Of a stretch of 64,000 nucleotides of DNA, positions 12,875-22,504 are shown piece by piece. Every line of letters begins with the position of its first letter. Position 1 is the first letter of the stretch. The notes under the pieces were generated by a model. That model made no database searches, was not told the origin of the DNA, and saw only the letters and a list, made by a program, of their open reading frames with translations. The DNA comes from Sphingobium sp. (GTDB taxonomy: Bacteria; Pseudomonadota; Alphaproteobacteria; Sphingomonadales; Sphingomonadaceae), in assembly GCA_017984895.1 (NCBI GenBank), contig JAGNYO010000005.1, positions 1,010 to 65,009 of the forward strand, in the 5' to 3' direction. Both the position numbers and the translations under genes were made by a program.

Positions 12875-13669
12875 ATGATGGCGATCTCACTCAGTGATTA
12901 TGAACAGGGCAGCAATTTCGACGGCGATTATGACGCCGCGCTCGCTGATCTGCAACAGCGGCTGGATCATATCCAGGTCGCGCATATCGTGCATAAGCGG
13001 CGCAGCGTCGTGCTGTTCGAAGGCTGGGATGCGTCCGGCAAGGGCGGGATCATCAAGCGCCTGACGACTACCCTTGATCCGCGCTACTATCAGGTCTGGC
13101 CCATCGGCGCGCCCAATGAGGAGGAGCGCGACCATCATTTCCTCTGGCGTTTCTGGCGGCGCCTGCCCGCCGGGCGCAACATCGGCATCTTCGACCGGAG
13201 CTGGTATGGCCGCGTGCTGGTTGAGCGGGTAGAGGGTTTCTGTTCCGAACGTGAATGGAAGCGCGGCTATGACGAGATCAACGAGTTCGAGGCCCAGCAG
13301 ATCGATAGCGGCACGAATATCGTCAAGCTGTTCGTCCATGTGACTCAGGAAGAACAGGACCAGCAACTCGCCGAGCGTCTGGACGACCCCTGGAAGCGGT
13401 GGAAAACCGGCGAGGAGGATTATCGCAACCGCGCGCGCCGGGCGGACTATCTCGATGCGATGCACGACATGTTCCGCCTCACCGATACGCGATGGGCGCC
13501 GTGGACGGTGATCGACGGCAACAACCGCAAGGCTGGGCGCATCGCCGCACTCACCGCCATCGCCGAAGCACTGGAAAAGCGTGTACCGATGACCATGGCT
13601 GATGCTGATCCGGCGGTCGTGGCGCTGGCGCAGGATGCTTTCGGATACAGAGTTAAGGCCCCCGAATAG
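12875..13669 (+). CDS. Polyphosphate kinase 2 family protein (single-domain PPK2)
   Basis: 264 aa. Walker A ..FEGWDASGKGG.. and ..FDRSWYGR.. are typical of PPK2. Confidence 0.88.
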   Translation: MMAISLSDYEQGSNFDGDYDAALADLQQRLDHIQVAHIVHKRRSVVLFEGWDASGKGGIIKRLTTTLDPRYYQVWPIGAPNEEERDHHFLWRFWRRLPAGRNIGIFDRSWYGRVLVERVEGFCSEREWKRGYDEINEFEAQQIDSGTNIVKLFVHVTQEEQDQQLAERLDDPWKRWKTGEEDYRNRARRADYLDAMHDMFRLTDTRWAPWTVIDGNNRKAGRIAALTAIAEALEKRVPMTMADADPAVVALAQDAFGYRVKAPE

Positions 13670-13742
13670 CCAATTGCGCGGCCCGACTGGAAAATTCATC
13701 ACGATTGTGCTATATAGTGGCTTCGACAAAAGGAATTAGGCC

Positions 13743-14468
13743 ATGGTTGGCGGTTTGATCGCGTATCTGGATTCGATTAAGGCGCGTGATCCAGCGCCCC
13801 GCTCGCGCATGGAAATCCTGCTTTATCCCGGTGTATGGGCGGTGTTCTGGCACCGCATAGCCCACACGCTTTTCCGGGCACGGCTCTATTTTCTGGCCCG
13901 CGCGGTCAATCATCTCGCCCGTTTTCTGACGGGTAACGATATTCATCCTGGCGCGAAGATCGGTCGCAATCTGTTCATCGATCATGGCTTTACCGTGATT
14001 GGCGAAACCGCGGAGATCGGTGATAATGTTACGCTCTATCAGCATGTGACCCTGGGCGGCACAGACCCAGCGAATGGCATTGCCGGCAAGCGCCACCCTA
14101 CTTTGATGGATGGTGTGATCGTCGGGTCCGGTGCCCAGGTGCTCGGGCCGATTGTTGTCGGCGCGCGGGCGCGGGTCGGGGCCAATGCCGTCGTTACCAA
14201 GGATGTGCCCGATGGCGCGACCATGGTGGGTATTCCCGCGCGGCAGATGCTGGTTGATGTATCGGCCTATCAGCGGGATTTCGTGCCTTATGGCACCCCG
14301 TGCAGCGAAGTGTTCGATCCCGCGACCCAAAAGCTCGAAATTCTGCAATGCGAGGTGGAGCGGCTGACGAAGCTGATTGCCGCCATAAAGCAGGAGCGGG
14401 AGTTGACGCGCGAAGGCGGCGCGCTGTTTACCGATCAGGATGAACCCAAGGAGCGCGGTCGCGCCTGA
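13743..14468 (+). CDS. cysE: Serine O-acetyltransferase
   Basis: 241 aa. ..ARDPA..LLYPG..HR.AH.. N-terminal region and left-handed beta-helix hexapeptide repeats (..[31 protein letters not shown]..). Confidence 0.9.
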   Translation: MVGGLIAYLDSIKARDPAPRSRMEILLYPGVWAVFWHRIAHTLFRARLYFLARAVNHLARFLTGNDIHPGAKIGRNLFIDHGFTVIGETAEIGDNVTLYQHVTLGGTDPANGIAGKRHPTLMDGVIVGSGAQVLGPIVVGARARVGANAVVTKDVPDGATMVGIPARQMLVDVSAYQRDFVPYGTPCSEVFDPATQKLEILQCEVERLTKLIAAIKQERELTREGGALFTDQDEPKERGRA

Positions 14469-14809
14469 TGGGCGAAGTTTCCCCGTTTCCGCAGCATCGG
14501 CAGCCGGGTCAGACTGGCTTCGAGCGGGAAGAGTTGTCGCGCATCATGGATCTCTATGGCCGGATGGTTTCTGCCGGGCACTGGCGTGATTACGCGATGA
14601 ACTTCGACAAGGATGCCGCAATATTCTGCGCCTTTCGTCGCGCCGCTGAGCGCCCCGAATTTCGGATCGAGAAACGCCCGGCACTGCGGCATCGCCAAGG
14701 CATGTGGTCGCTGATCGGCGAGGCGGGCGCTGTGCTGAAACGCGGGCAGGAGCTGGCGGGTGTGCTTGCGCCTGTGGAGCGCAAGCTGGTTCGGCTCATC
14801 GAAAAATAG
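14468..14809 (+). CDS. DUF2794-like protein
   Basis: 113 aa. ..FEREELSRIMDLYGRMVSAGHWRDYAM.. resembles the alphaproteobacterial DUF2794 signature as I recall it. TGATG overlap with cysE. Confidence 0.6.
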   Translation: MGEVSPFPQHRQPGQTGFEREELSRIMDLYGRMVSAGHWRDYAMNFDKDAAIFCAFRRAAERPEFRIEKRPALRHRQGMWSLIGEAGAVLKRGQELAGVLAPVERKLVRLIEK

Positions 14810-14852
14810 GCCAGTCCGCACTCTGTTTGCTGCAAGCCAGGCAGGCAAGCGC

Positions 14853-14914
14853 ATGTCATAAAACATCCATGAAACTGTCATCTTACTGTAACAAAAACGT
14901 CATAGCGGCGTCAT
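14853..14914 (+). promoter_or_regulatory. Pho-box array: six 7-mers at exact 11-bp phase upstream of the porin gene
   Basis: 7-mers start at 14853 (ATGTCAT), 14864 (CATCCAT), 14875 (CTGTCAT), 14886 (CTGTAAC), 14897 (ACGTCAT) and 14908 (GCGTCAT). The central pair CTGTCAT-CTTA-CTGTAAC is a near-consensus PhoB box (E. coli consensus CTGTCAT-AWAW-CTGTMAY). Confidence 0.75.
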
Positions 14915-14936
14915 AGACGTTAACAGGGAGATAGTC

Positions 14937-16349
14937 ATGCCGCTGCGCTCATCCATTCGCCTCGCTATGCTGCTGGGGTGTTCCATGCTACCGCTGGCAG
15001 CACAGGCGCAGACGCTGACCTCTGAGGAAGCGGCGACGATGCGGGCTGAAATGGCAGCATTGAAGGCGCAAATGGACGCGCTGCAAGCACGGCTCGCGCA
15101 GGCCGAGGCGGGAGCGGCGACAGCCTCTGCTAACGCGCAGGCGGCCACCACCATTGCGCAAAAGGCTAGCGAGGTGGCGCAAAAGGCGGGGGCAGCACCC
15201 ACGATCAAGTTCAAGGGCGCGCCGGAAATCAGCGATGGGAAAGGCTGGTCTTTCAAGCCGCGCGGGCGCTTTCAGTGGGATGTTGCCAGCGTCAATGCGC
15301 CCAATGGCGTGAGCAATCCGGGGCTGGGCTTTTCCAACAAGCTGCGGCGGCTGTTCCTCGGGGTGCAAGGCACTATACCCGGAGGGTTCGGCTATCGTGC
15401 GGAGGCGGATTTCGCCAACAGCGCGGTTACGGTGACGGACGCGTATATCACCTATGATCGCGGACCGCTCAATATCACGCTGGGCCATCACAAGACTTAT
15501 GGCTCGCTCGACGAGCTGACAAGCGATCTCGATACCAGCTTTATGGAACGTGCGGCCTTCGTGCAGGCATTTGGGTTTGAACGCCGACTAGGGCTGGGCT
15601 TTGGCTACGCCAAAGGCGATATAGTCGTGAATGCAGGCGTGTTTACGGACAACATCCGGGATCTTTCTGGCACAGGAACGGATGCCAACAACAGTTACAG
15701 CCTCGACAGCCGCGTCGTATGGATGCCCAAGCTGGACGCGGTGCAGCTCCACGTTGGCGGCTCGGTGCACTGGCGTGACATGAATAGTCTTTCCAGCACT
15801 ACTGTTGCGTATCGCGCGCGTCCGGGCGCCGGCACTACCGATGTGCGCTTTATCTCTACGGGTAACAGACTTGTGACCAAGGAAGCCGGCGCGGGGCTGG
15901 AATTGGCGGCGATTTCCGGCCCGCTACATGCGACGGGCGAAGCCTATTGGTTCCGGCCCGAGCTGGCGGCCAGCGGCAAGGACGCGCATCTCTTCGGCGG
16001 CTATGGCGAAATCGGGTATATGCTAACCGGCGGCGACACGCGAGCATACAAGAAAGGGACTTTCGCTTCGGTCGTGCCGACAAAGCCGGTGGGCAAGGGC
16101 GGGATAGGCGCCATTCAGATTGTGGCGCGCTACGATTATCTTGACCTCAACGATCCCGCGCGCGGTATCACCGGCGGCACGCAAAGCGGCTATTATGCGG
16201 GGATCAACTGGTTCCCGGTCGAATATATCAAGTTCATGCTGAACTATGGGCATATCGATTACAGCAATGCGACCATCGCCAAAACCCCGAATGGCGACCG
16301 CAGCTATGGCGTCGATACCCTGGCGGCGCGGGCGCAACTGAGCTTTTGA
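14937..16349 (+). CDS. Outer-membrane porin, phosphate-selective OprO/OprP-like
   Basis: 470 aa. Signal peptide ..MLPLAAQA/QT. An Ala/Gln-rich coiled-coil segment. A beta-strand-rich body ending in ..ARAQLSF (aromatic C-terminus). Pho boxes upstream and pst genes adjacent. Confidence 0.8.
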   Translation: MPLRSSIRLAMLLGCSMLPLAAQAQTLTSEEAATMRAEMAALKAQMDALQARLAQAEAGAATASANAQAATTIAQKASEVAQKAGAAPTIKFKGAPEISDGKGWSFKPRGRFQWDVASVNAPNGVSNPGLGFSNKLRRLFLGVQGTIPGGFGYRAEADFANSAVTVTDAYITYDRGPLNITLGHHKTYGSLDELTSDLDTSFMERAAFVQAFGFERRLGLGFGYAKGDIVVNAGVFTDNIRDLSGTGTDANNSYSLDSRVVWMPKLDAVQLHVGGSVHWRDMNSLSSTTVAYRARPGAGTTDVRFISTGNRLVTKEAGAGLELAAISGPLHATGEAYWFRPELAASGKDAHLFGGYGEIGYMLTGGDTRAYKKGTFASVVPTKPVGKGGIGAIQIVARYDYLDLNDPARGITGGTQSGYYAGINWFPVEYIKFMLNYGHIDYSNATIAKTPNGDRSYGVDTLAARAQLSF

Positions 16350-16354
16350 GTGCG

Positions 16355-16398
16355 GGGAGGGGGCGGAGCTGTTCCGGCCTCCTCCCGAACGGCTTTTT
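16355..16398 (+). terminator. Hairpin (GGGAGGGGGC / GGCCTCCTCC) followed by a T-run between the convergent porin and phoB genes
   Basis: About 10-bp G/C stem (one G-U) at 16355..16386. Then a CCGAACGG mini-hairpin and TTTTT (16394..16398). Lies in the 48-nt gap between two stop codons. Confidence 0.45.
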
Positions 16399-17096
16399 CA
16401 ATAAGCGGCTTCTGAATCCAGCGCATAACCGGCGGAGCGCACCGTGCGGATGATGTCCCGCAGCCCGCCGGCGTTGATCGCCTTGCGCAGGCGGCGGATA
16501 TGCACGTCCACGGTGCGCAGCTCGATATCACTGTCATGGCCCCAAACGCTGTCCAGCAGCCGCTCGCGGGAGAACACCCAGCCGGGATGTTCGAGGAAAT
16601 GCTTGAGCAAACGATACTCGGTCGGCCCCAGCGGGATCAACTCACCCGCGCGCCGCACCTTGTGGCCTACTGTGTCCATCTCGATATCGACAAAAGTCAG
16701 TGTTTCCCCCGCCAATGCCGGACGGACCCGGCGCAGCACTGCGCCGACCCGCGCCACCAGCTCGCGCGGTGAGAAGGGCTTGGTGACATAATCGTCGGCG
16801 CCGGTTTCCAGGCCGCGCACCCGGTCCTCCTCCTCACCGCGGGCGGTGAGCATGATGATCGGCACGTTGGCGGTGTTGGAATGGCGGCGCAGGCGGCGAC
16901 ACACCTCGATACCCGAGAGGCTTTCGACCATCCAGTCCAGCAGCACGATATCGGGCACGCGTTCCTGCGCCATAATAAGCGCTTCCTCGCCATCAGGCGT
17001 GTGCGAAACCTCGAAATCCTCCTTGCGGAAGTGCCATGTAACCAGCTCAGCTAGCGCGGCATCGTCCTCAACCAGCAGCATGTGGGCGCGGCTCAT
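16398..17096 (-). CDS. phoB: Phosphate regulon response regulator PhoB (OmpR family)
   Basis: Start at internal M52 of ORF 16398..17249 (MSRAHMLLVEDD..). Receiver domain plus winged-helix C-terminus (..RTVDVHIRRLRKA..). Last gene of the pst-phoU-phoB string. Confidence 0.92.
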   Translation of the reverse strand: MSRAHMLLVEDDAALAELVTWHFRKEDFEVSHTPDGEEALIMAQERVPDIVLLDWMVESLSGIEVCRRLRRHSNTANVPIIMLTARGEEEDRVRGLETGADDYVTKPFSPRELVARVGAVLRRVRPALAGETLTFVDIEMDTVGHKVRRAGELIPLGPTEYRLLKHFLEHPGWVFSRERLLDSVWGHDSDIELRTVDVHIRRLRKAINAGGLRDIIRTVRSAGYALDSEAAY

Positions 17097-17110
17097 GGGA
17101 TAAGCTCCAT

Positions 17111-17800
17111 TCAGCTTTCGATTCTGATGTCTTTGTCGCGCTCCGGCAGATATTCGCCGGTCGCGGCGTAATAAACCATCTCCGCCACGTTGGTCGCGTG
17201 ATCGCCTATCCGCTCGATATTCTTGGCAATGAACAGCAAATGCGCGCATTCCGAAATGGTCTTTGGATTTTCGACCATGTAGGTGACGAGTGTGCGGAAA
17301 ATGCTGTTGTAGAAGCTGTCGACTACTGCATCGCGAGCGATGACGGCCTCAGCCAGCAGGGCATCCCGCGCGGAAAAGGCGTTCAAGGCATCGCCCACCA
17401 TCTCGCTCGCCACTTGCGCCATCGAGGGCAGCAGCGAGATCGGCTCGATCGTGCGGTGATCGCCGATCTTGGGGATGCGCTTGGCGATATTCTTGGCATA
17501 ATCGCCAATGCGCTCCACCACGCCGACGATCTTCAGCGCGGCGATCACTTCACGCAGATCATCCGCCAGCGGCGCGCGCAGGGCGATGATCTGCACCACC
17601 AGCCGCTCGACCTCGGCTTCCAGCGCGTCGATCCGCTCGTCTCCGAGCACCACGGCCTTGGCCTTCTTCACGTCTTGCTCGATGAGGGCGGTCATGGCCT
17701 CCTCGATCGCGGTTTCGACCCGTCCGCCCATCTCGGCGATCAGGCCGCGCAGGCGGTTTATGTCTTCGTCAAAGGCTTTGACAGTATGCTGTTCGGCCAT
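17111..17800 (-). CDS. phoU: Phosphate signalling complex protein PhoU
   Basis: 229 aa. Two PhoU repeats with ..ERIGDYAKNIA.. and ..ERIGDHATNVAE.. Confidence 0.93.
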   Translation of the reverse strand: MAEQHTVKAFDEDINRLRGLIAEMGGRVETAIEEAMTALIEQDVKKAKAVVLGDERIDALEAEVERLVVQIIALRAPLADDLREVIAALKIVGVVERIGDYAKNIAKRIPKIGDHRTIEPISLLPSMAQVASEMVGDALNAFSARDALLAEAVIARDAVVDSFYNSIFRTLVTYMVENPKTISECAHLLFIAKNIERIGDHATNVAEMVYYAATGEYLPERDKDIRIES

Positions 17801-17829
17801 AGTTCATTGCTCCAGCATGGAAATAGGGG

Positions 17830-18600
17830 TTAGCCATAGCGGCCCGTGATGTAATCCTTGGTGCGATCTTCGCGCGGATTGGTGAATATTTCGGATGTCG
17901 GGCCATATTCGACCAGATGCCCCAGATGAAAAAAGGCCGTGCGCTGAGAAACGCGGGCGGCCTGCTGCATATTGTGGGTGACGATGACGATGGCATAGCG
18001 CCCGCGCAGTTCGTGGATCAGCTCCTCGATCTTTGCGGTGGCAATAGGGTCCAGCGCGGAGCAAGGCTCGTCCATCAGGATCACTTCCGGCTCCACCGCG
18101 ATGGCGCGGCCAATGCACAGGCGCTGTTGTTGCCCGCCGGAAAGGGCGGTGCCGCTATCCTTGAGGCGATCCTTCACCTCTTCCCACAGGCCCGCACGAC
18201 GCAGCGAGGATTCGACAATCACATCGAGGTCCGCCTTGGCGCTCGCCAGCCCATGGATACGCGGGCCATAAGCGACATTGTCATAGATCGATTTCGGGAA
18301 AGGGTTCGGCTTTTGAAAGACCATACCGACACGGGCACGTAGCTGGACTACATCCATACCCGAGGAATAGATGTTTTCCCCGTCGAGGGTGATCTCGCCT
18401 TCCACCCGCGCATTGGCGACGGTGTCGTTCATGCGGTTCAAAGTGCGCAGGAAGGTCGATTTGCCGCAGCCTGACGGGCCGATGAAGGCGGTCACATTAT
18501 CCGTATCGACATTAATCGAGACAGAGTCGATCGCCTGTTTATCGCCGTAAAAGACGTTGACGTTGCGGGCGCTCATCTTGGGAAGGGTGGATTGGGACAT
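17830..18600 (-). CDS. pstB: Phosphate ABC transporter ATP-binding protein
   Basis: 256 aa. Walker [10 protein letters not shown], signature LSGGQQQRL, Walker B ILMDEP. Confidence 0.95.
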   Translation of the reverse strand: MSQSTLPKMSARNVNVFYGDKQAIDSVSINVDTDNVTAFIGPSGCGKSTFLRTLNRMNDTVANARVEGEITLDGENIYSSGMDVVQLRARVGMVFQKPNPFPKSIYDNVAYGPRIHGLASAKADLDVIVESSLRRAGLWEEVKDRLKDSGTALSGGQQQRLCIGRAIAVEPEVILMDEPCSALDPIATAKIEELIHELRGRYAIVIVTHNMQQAARVSQRTAFFHLGHLVEYGPTSEIFTNPREDRTKDYITGRYG

Positions 18601-18607
18601 AAGCGCG

Positions 18608-19882
18608 TTACCAACGTCTTTCGAACTTGTTGCGTAAGTAGATGGCGATGCTGTTCATGCTGAGCAGGAAAAGCAGCAGAACGATGATCGCCGCGGAAGT
18701 TTTTTCGACAAAGCCTTTGCTGACCTCGTCGGACCACAGGAAAATCTGGACGGGCAGCACAGTGGCGGGGTCTGTGATGCCGCCGGGCGGGCTAGCGATA
18801 AACGCACGCATGCCGATCATCAGCAGCGGTGCCGTTTCACCCAGAGCGCGGGCCATACCGATGATCGTGCCGGTCATGATGCCCGGCAGGGCGAGGGGCA
18901 GCACATGATGGAATACCACCTGGATGGGTGATGCGCCGATGCCCAGCGCGGCATCACGGATGGATGGGGGCACCGCCTTGATCGCGTTGCGCCCCGCGAT
19001 GACGATCACCGGCATCGTCATCAGTGCCAGCGTCATGCCGCCAACCAGCGCGGCAGAGCGCGGCAGGTGCATGACATTGAGGAATACAGCGAGGCCGAGT
19101 AATCCGAAAATGATCGAGGGCACGGCGGCGAGGTTGTTGATCGAGACTTCGATAATATCCGTCCAGCGGTTGCGAGGCGCATATTCCTCCAGATAGAGCG
19201 CGGCGAGCACACCCACCGGGAAGCTCAGCAAAAGGGTAGCCGCCATGGTGAGCAATGAGCCTTTGAATGCGCCCCAGATACCCACCTGGGTGGGGTCTGT
19301 TCCATCACTGGCGGTGAGAAAGTTCCAGTTGATGGCGCGCTGAACCACACCAGCCTTGTGCAGGCGGGCATAGGCCGCTTCGGCATCCGGCGAGGCGTCT
19401 GATTTGGCGGCAAGATCCAGCTCGGCTGATGCGGCCAAATGCAACGTCACACTTCTTTGCAGGACAGTGGGGTCTTTCTTCACCGCATCGCGCACGCTGA
19501 GCCACGCGCCGGGAGACAGCCAGGCGCCATCTTTGCCCAACGCCGACTGGGCGGCCTGATCGGTCAGTGCTGGCCAGTTGACGGTAGCGAGCGCAGCGTC
19601 TGCACCCTCACCCCGCAGGCTCGTCGGATCAAGGAAGATCGGAGCCTTGGGGAAATCGATGGGCACCGCGATTTCCGTGCGGGTGAACCCGGCGAGGCCG
19701 CCGCTCATCATCGCAATCAGCAGATAAGCGAGGAAACCCGCCGACATGACGACGGCGGCGAGGCCGATGCGGCGGAAGCGGCGCTCAGAGCCATAGCGCG
19801 CGGCAATCCGCTTCTGCATCTCAATGCTCTTCCAGTCGGTAGGCTGGCGGCGCAGTTCAGCGCTGGGGAAGGGCGCGTTCAT
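18608..19882 (-). CDS. pstA: Phosphate ABC transporter permease PstA (long form)
   Basis: 424 aa, multi-TM. EAA-type loop ..[11 protein letters not shown].. ATGA overlap with the pstC stop. Confidence 0.9.
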   Translation of the reverse strand: MNAPFPSAELRRQPTDWKSIEMQKRIAARYGSERRFRRIGLAAVVMSAGFLAYLLIAMMSGGLAGFTRTEIAVPIDFPKAPIFLDPTSLRGEGADAALATVNWPALTDQAAQSALGKDGAWLSPGAWLSVRDAVKKDPTVLQRSVTLHLAASAELDLAAKSDASPDAEAAYARLHKAGVVQRAINWNFLTASDGTDPTQVGIWGAFKGSLLTMAATLLLSFPVGVLAALYLEEYAPRNRWTDIIEVSINNLAAVPSIIFGLLGLAVFLNVMHLPRSAALVGGMTLALMTMPVIVIAGRNAIKAVPPSIRDAALGIGASPIQVVFHHVLPLALPGIMTGTIIGMARALGETAPLLMIGMRAFIASPPGGITDPATVLPVQIFLWSDEVSKGFVEKTSAAIIVLLLFLLSMNSIAIYLRNKFERRW

Positions 19883-21300
19883 TCATAGGCCTCCCGATAG
19901 CGCTTCACCACATGGAGCGCGACGATGTTGAGCAGCAGCGTCACGATGAACAGCACGAGGCCCAATGCAAATGCGGCGAGGGTCTTGGCGCTGTCAAACT
20001 CCTGATCCCCGGTCAGGAGCTGAACGATCTGTGTCGTCACTGTCGTCACACTGGCGAACGGATTGAGCGTGAGGTTGGCGGCCAGCCCTGCGGCCATCAC
20101 CACGATCATCGTCTCGCCAATCGCGCGGCTGACCGCGAGCAATACGCCGCCCACCACGCCGGGCAATGCGGCGGGGATCAGCACCTGGCGGATAGTTTCG
20201 CTGGTGGTGGCGCCCATGGCGAGGCTGCCGTCGCGCATGGCCTGCGGCACGCTGGCGATACTGTCATCCGCCATAGAAGAAACGAACGGGATGATCATCA
20301 CGCCCATGACCAGCCCGGCGGCGAGCGCACTCTCTGACGAGGCGTTATGGATGCCGATCCAGGCGGCGAAATCGCGCATATTGGGCGCGATGGTGAGCGC
20401 CGCGAAATAGCCGTAGACGACGGTAGGCACCCCTGCCAGCACCTCCAGCATCGGTTTCAACCATGCGCGAGCAGCGGGCTTGGCATATTGGGTGAGGTAG
20501 ACCGCGCTCATCAGCCCAAGCGGAATGGCGACGGCCATGGCGATGATAGCGCCAATGAAGATCGTGCCCCAAAACAACGGCACCGCGCCAAAGGCATCCT
20601 CATTGCCATAGCCCATCGCCGCCGATTGAGGGGACCATTTCGTCCCGAACAGGAAATCAATCGGGTTGACCATCGCAAAGAAGCGCAGCGACTCCCACAA
20701 TAGCGAGGCGACGATGCCCACCGTGGTGATGATGGCGATCAGGGAGGCGAGCAACAGGGCGAACATCACCACACGCTCGACCTTGGTGCGGGCGCGGAAA
20801 TCAGGTCGGATGCGGGTAAAGGCATAGGCGCCGCCCGCCAGAGCCAGCAGCAGCGCCACCAACGCGCCGCCATAGGAATAGAAACGGTTGGCGTCTCTAT
20901 AGGGTTCGATCAGGGCGTTGGCTCGGGGATCGAACGCTGACGATGCTTTGCCCAGCGCCACATTGCGGGCCTCGCCCAATATCGCGGAGCGGCTCATGGC
21001 ATCTGTCGGCAGGGCAGTGGCGGCGGGATCATGCAATACCCGGTCCGTTACCAGACCGGGCATGACATTCGACCACAAGGCAAGGAACAGCAACGGAGGC
21101 GCCAGCACCCACAGCGCCGCATACCAGCCGTGATAGGAAGGCAGCGAATGGAGTGCGGGCCTGACACTGGCGCTCGATGCGGCAGCACGATGCGGCTCAT
21201 GCGTGAAGGCAGGAACCAGCCGCGCGGCTTTGGTCCGCGCGCTGATCCAGGCAATCAGCCCAAGCCCCAAAATGAGCGTAACAATCGCAACCCCGTTCAC
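19879..21300 (-). CDS. pstC: Phosphate ABC transporter permease PstC (long form)
   Basis: 473 aa, multi-TM. ..SRAIGETMIV.. permease loop. Lies between pstS and pstA. Confidence 0.9.
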   Translation of the reverse strand: MNGVAIVTLILGLGLIAWISARTKAARLVPAFTHEPHRAAASSASVRPALHSLPSYHGWYAALWVLAPPLLFLALWSNVMPGLVTDRVLHDPAATALPTDAMSRSAILGEARNVALGKASSAFDPRANALIEPYRDANRFYSYGGALVALLLALAGGAYAFTRIRPDFRARTKVERVVMFALLLASLIAIITTVGIVASLLWESLRFFAMVNPIDFLFGTKWSPQSAAMGYGNEDAFGAVPLFWGTIFIGAIIAMAVAIPLGLMSAVYLTQYAKPAARAWLKPMLEVLAGVPTVVYGYFAALTIAPNMRDFAAWIGIHNASSESALAAGLVMGVMIIPFVSSMADDSIASVPQAMRDGSLAMGATTSETIRQVLIPAALPGVVGGVLLAVSRAIGETMIVVMAAGLAANLTLNPFASVTTVTTQIVQLLTGDQEFDSAKTLAAFALGLVLFIVTLLLNIVALHVVKRYREAYE

Positions 21301-21340
21301 CGCGCCCCCAATCCTTTCAGCCTGCGAAACCGGCTCCTTA

Positions 21341-22402
21341 TTATTTCAGGCCGCTGCCGTCCATCACCGTTAGCGTCTTGGTGTTTTCGGCGCTTTTTGC
21401 GCGGACCTCATCGGTCGATGCCACCATGCCGCGCTTGGCAAGGTAACCACCCGGCTCCCACGCCTTCGCGAATTCGGCGACATATTGCTGAAGGCCTGGA
21501 ATGGCCTGGATGTGCGCTTTCTTCACATAAATATACAGCGGGCGGGCGCCGGGATATTTGCCGCTCGCCACATTTTCGTAGCTCGCTTCCACGCCATTCA
21601 GCGGCACGTCTTTCAGCGCCCCCTTGTTCTCTTCCAGATAGCTGTAACCGAACACGCCGAGGCTGTTGGGGTTTGCAGTGAGCTTCTGGACGATCAGATT
21701 GTCGTTCTCGCCCGAGTCGACATACTTCCCGTCCTCGCGGATGCGGGTGCAGGCGGCCTTGTAAGCCTTTTCGTCCTTGTCCTTAAGCTCCTTCATCGCC
21801 GGATCGCTCTGGCATCCCTTTTCGAGGATCAGTTCCGAGAGCGAATCACGCGTGCCGGAGGTGGACGGCGGGCCAAATACCGAAATTGTAACCTTGGGCA
21901 GGCTGGGGTCGATGTCGGCCCAGGTCTGCGCCTTGTTTTCGCCCTTGCCGAACGGATTGGCTGCCAGCGCCTTGTAGATCAGCTCGGGCGTCAGTTTGAA
22001 GCCGGGGCCTTTGATCGATTCGGCGAAGGCAAGCCCATCGACACCGATCTGGACTTCGACGATTTCTTTGACGCCATTGGCCTGACAGCTCTCGAACTCG
22101 CTCTTCTTCATTCTGCGCGAGGCGTTCTCTATGTCAGGATGCTGCGCGCCCACGCCGGCGCAAAACAGCTTCATCCCCGCGCCGGTGCCGGTCGATTCGA
22201 TGATCGGCGATTTCATGCCGGCATTGTTCTGCACGAACTGCTCGGCGACCGCAGTGGCGAAGGGATAGACGGTCGATGAGCCAACCGCGCGGATCTGATC
22301 GCGCGTGCCGCTGGCGCCGCCGCTCGCCGCCTGATCCTGACATGCCGTGAGCATGGTGGCGCAGGCGAGGGCTGAAATGGCATGGATTGCTTTATGGTTC
22401 AT
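21341..22402 (-). CDS. pstS: Phosphate ABC transporter substrate-binding lipoprotein (PstS family)
   Basis: 353 aa. Lipobox ..MLTAC.. ..VGSSTVYPF.. and ..GTGAG.. are typical of PBP-like phosphate binders. First gene after the Pho boxes. Confidence 0.88.
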   Translation of the reverse strand: MNHKAIHAISALACATMLTACQDQAASGGASGTRDQIRAVGSSTVYPFATAVAEQFVQNNAGMKSPIIESTGTGAGMKLFCAGVGAQHPDIENASRRMKKSEFESCQANGVKEIVEVQIGVDGLAFAESIKGPGFKLTPELIYKALAANPFGKGENKAQTWADIDPSLPKVTISVFGPPSTSGTRDSLSELILEKGCQSDPAMKELKDKDEKAYKAACTRIREDGKYVDSGENDNLIVQKLTANPNSLGVFGYSYLEENKGALKDVPLNGVEASYENVASGKYPGARPLYIYVKKAHIQAIPGLQQYVAEFAKAWEPGGYLAKRGMVASTDEVRAKSAENTKTLTVMDGSGLK

Positions 22403-22475
22403 GGTGAAACTCCTTCTTCAGCCGACCGGCGCCGTCCGATTCTATCCGGCCCTAGCGGCGTGTGAAGCATCCATT

Positions 22476-22504
22476 GTGACGGTTAGATGACAGTTTTATG
22501 ACAC
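22476..22504 (-). promoter_or_regulatory. Pho-box array upstream of pstS (three 11-bp-phased half-sites) overlapping the phoR stop codon
   Basis: Minus-strand read GTGTCAT-AAAA-CTGTCAT-CTAA-CCGTCAC. It lies 74 nt upstream of the pstS ATG. The phoR TAA (22498..22496) falls inside the first spacer. Confidence 0.75.
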
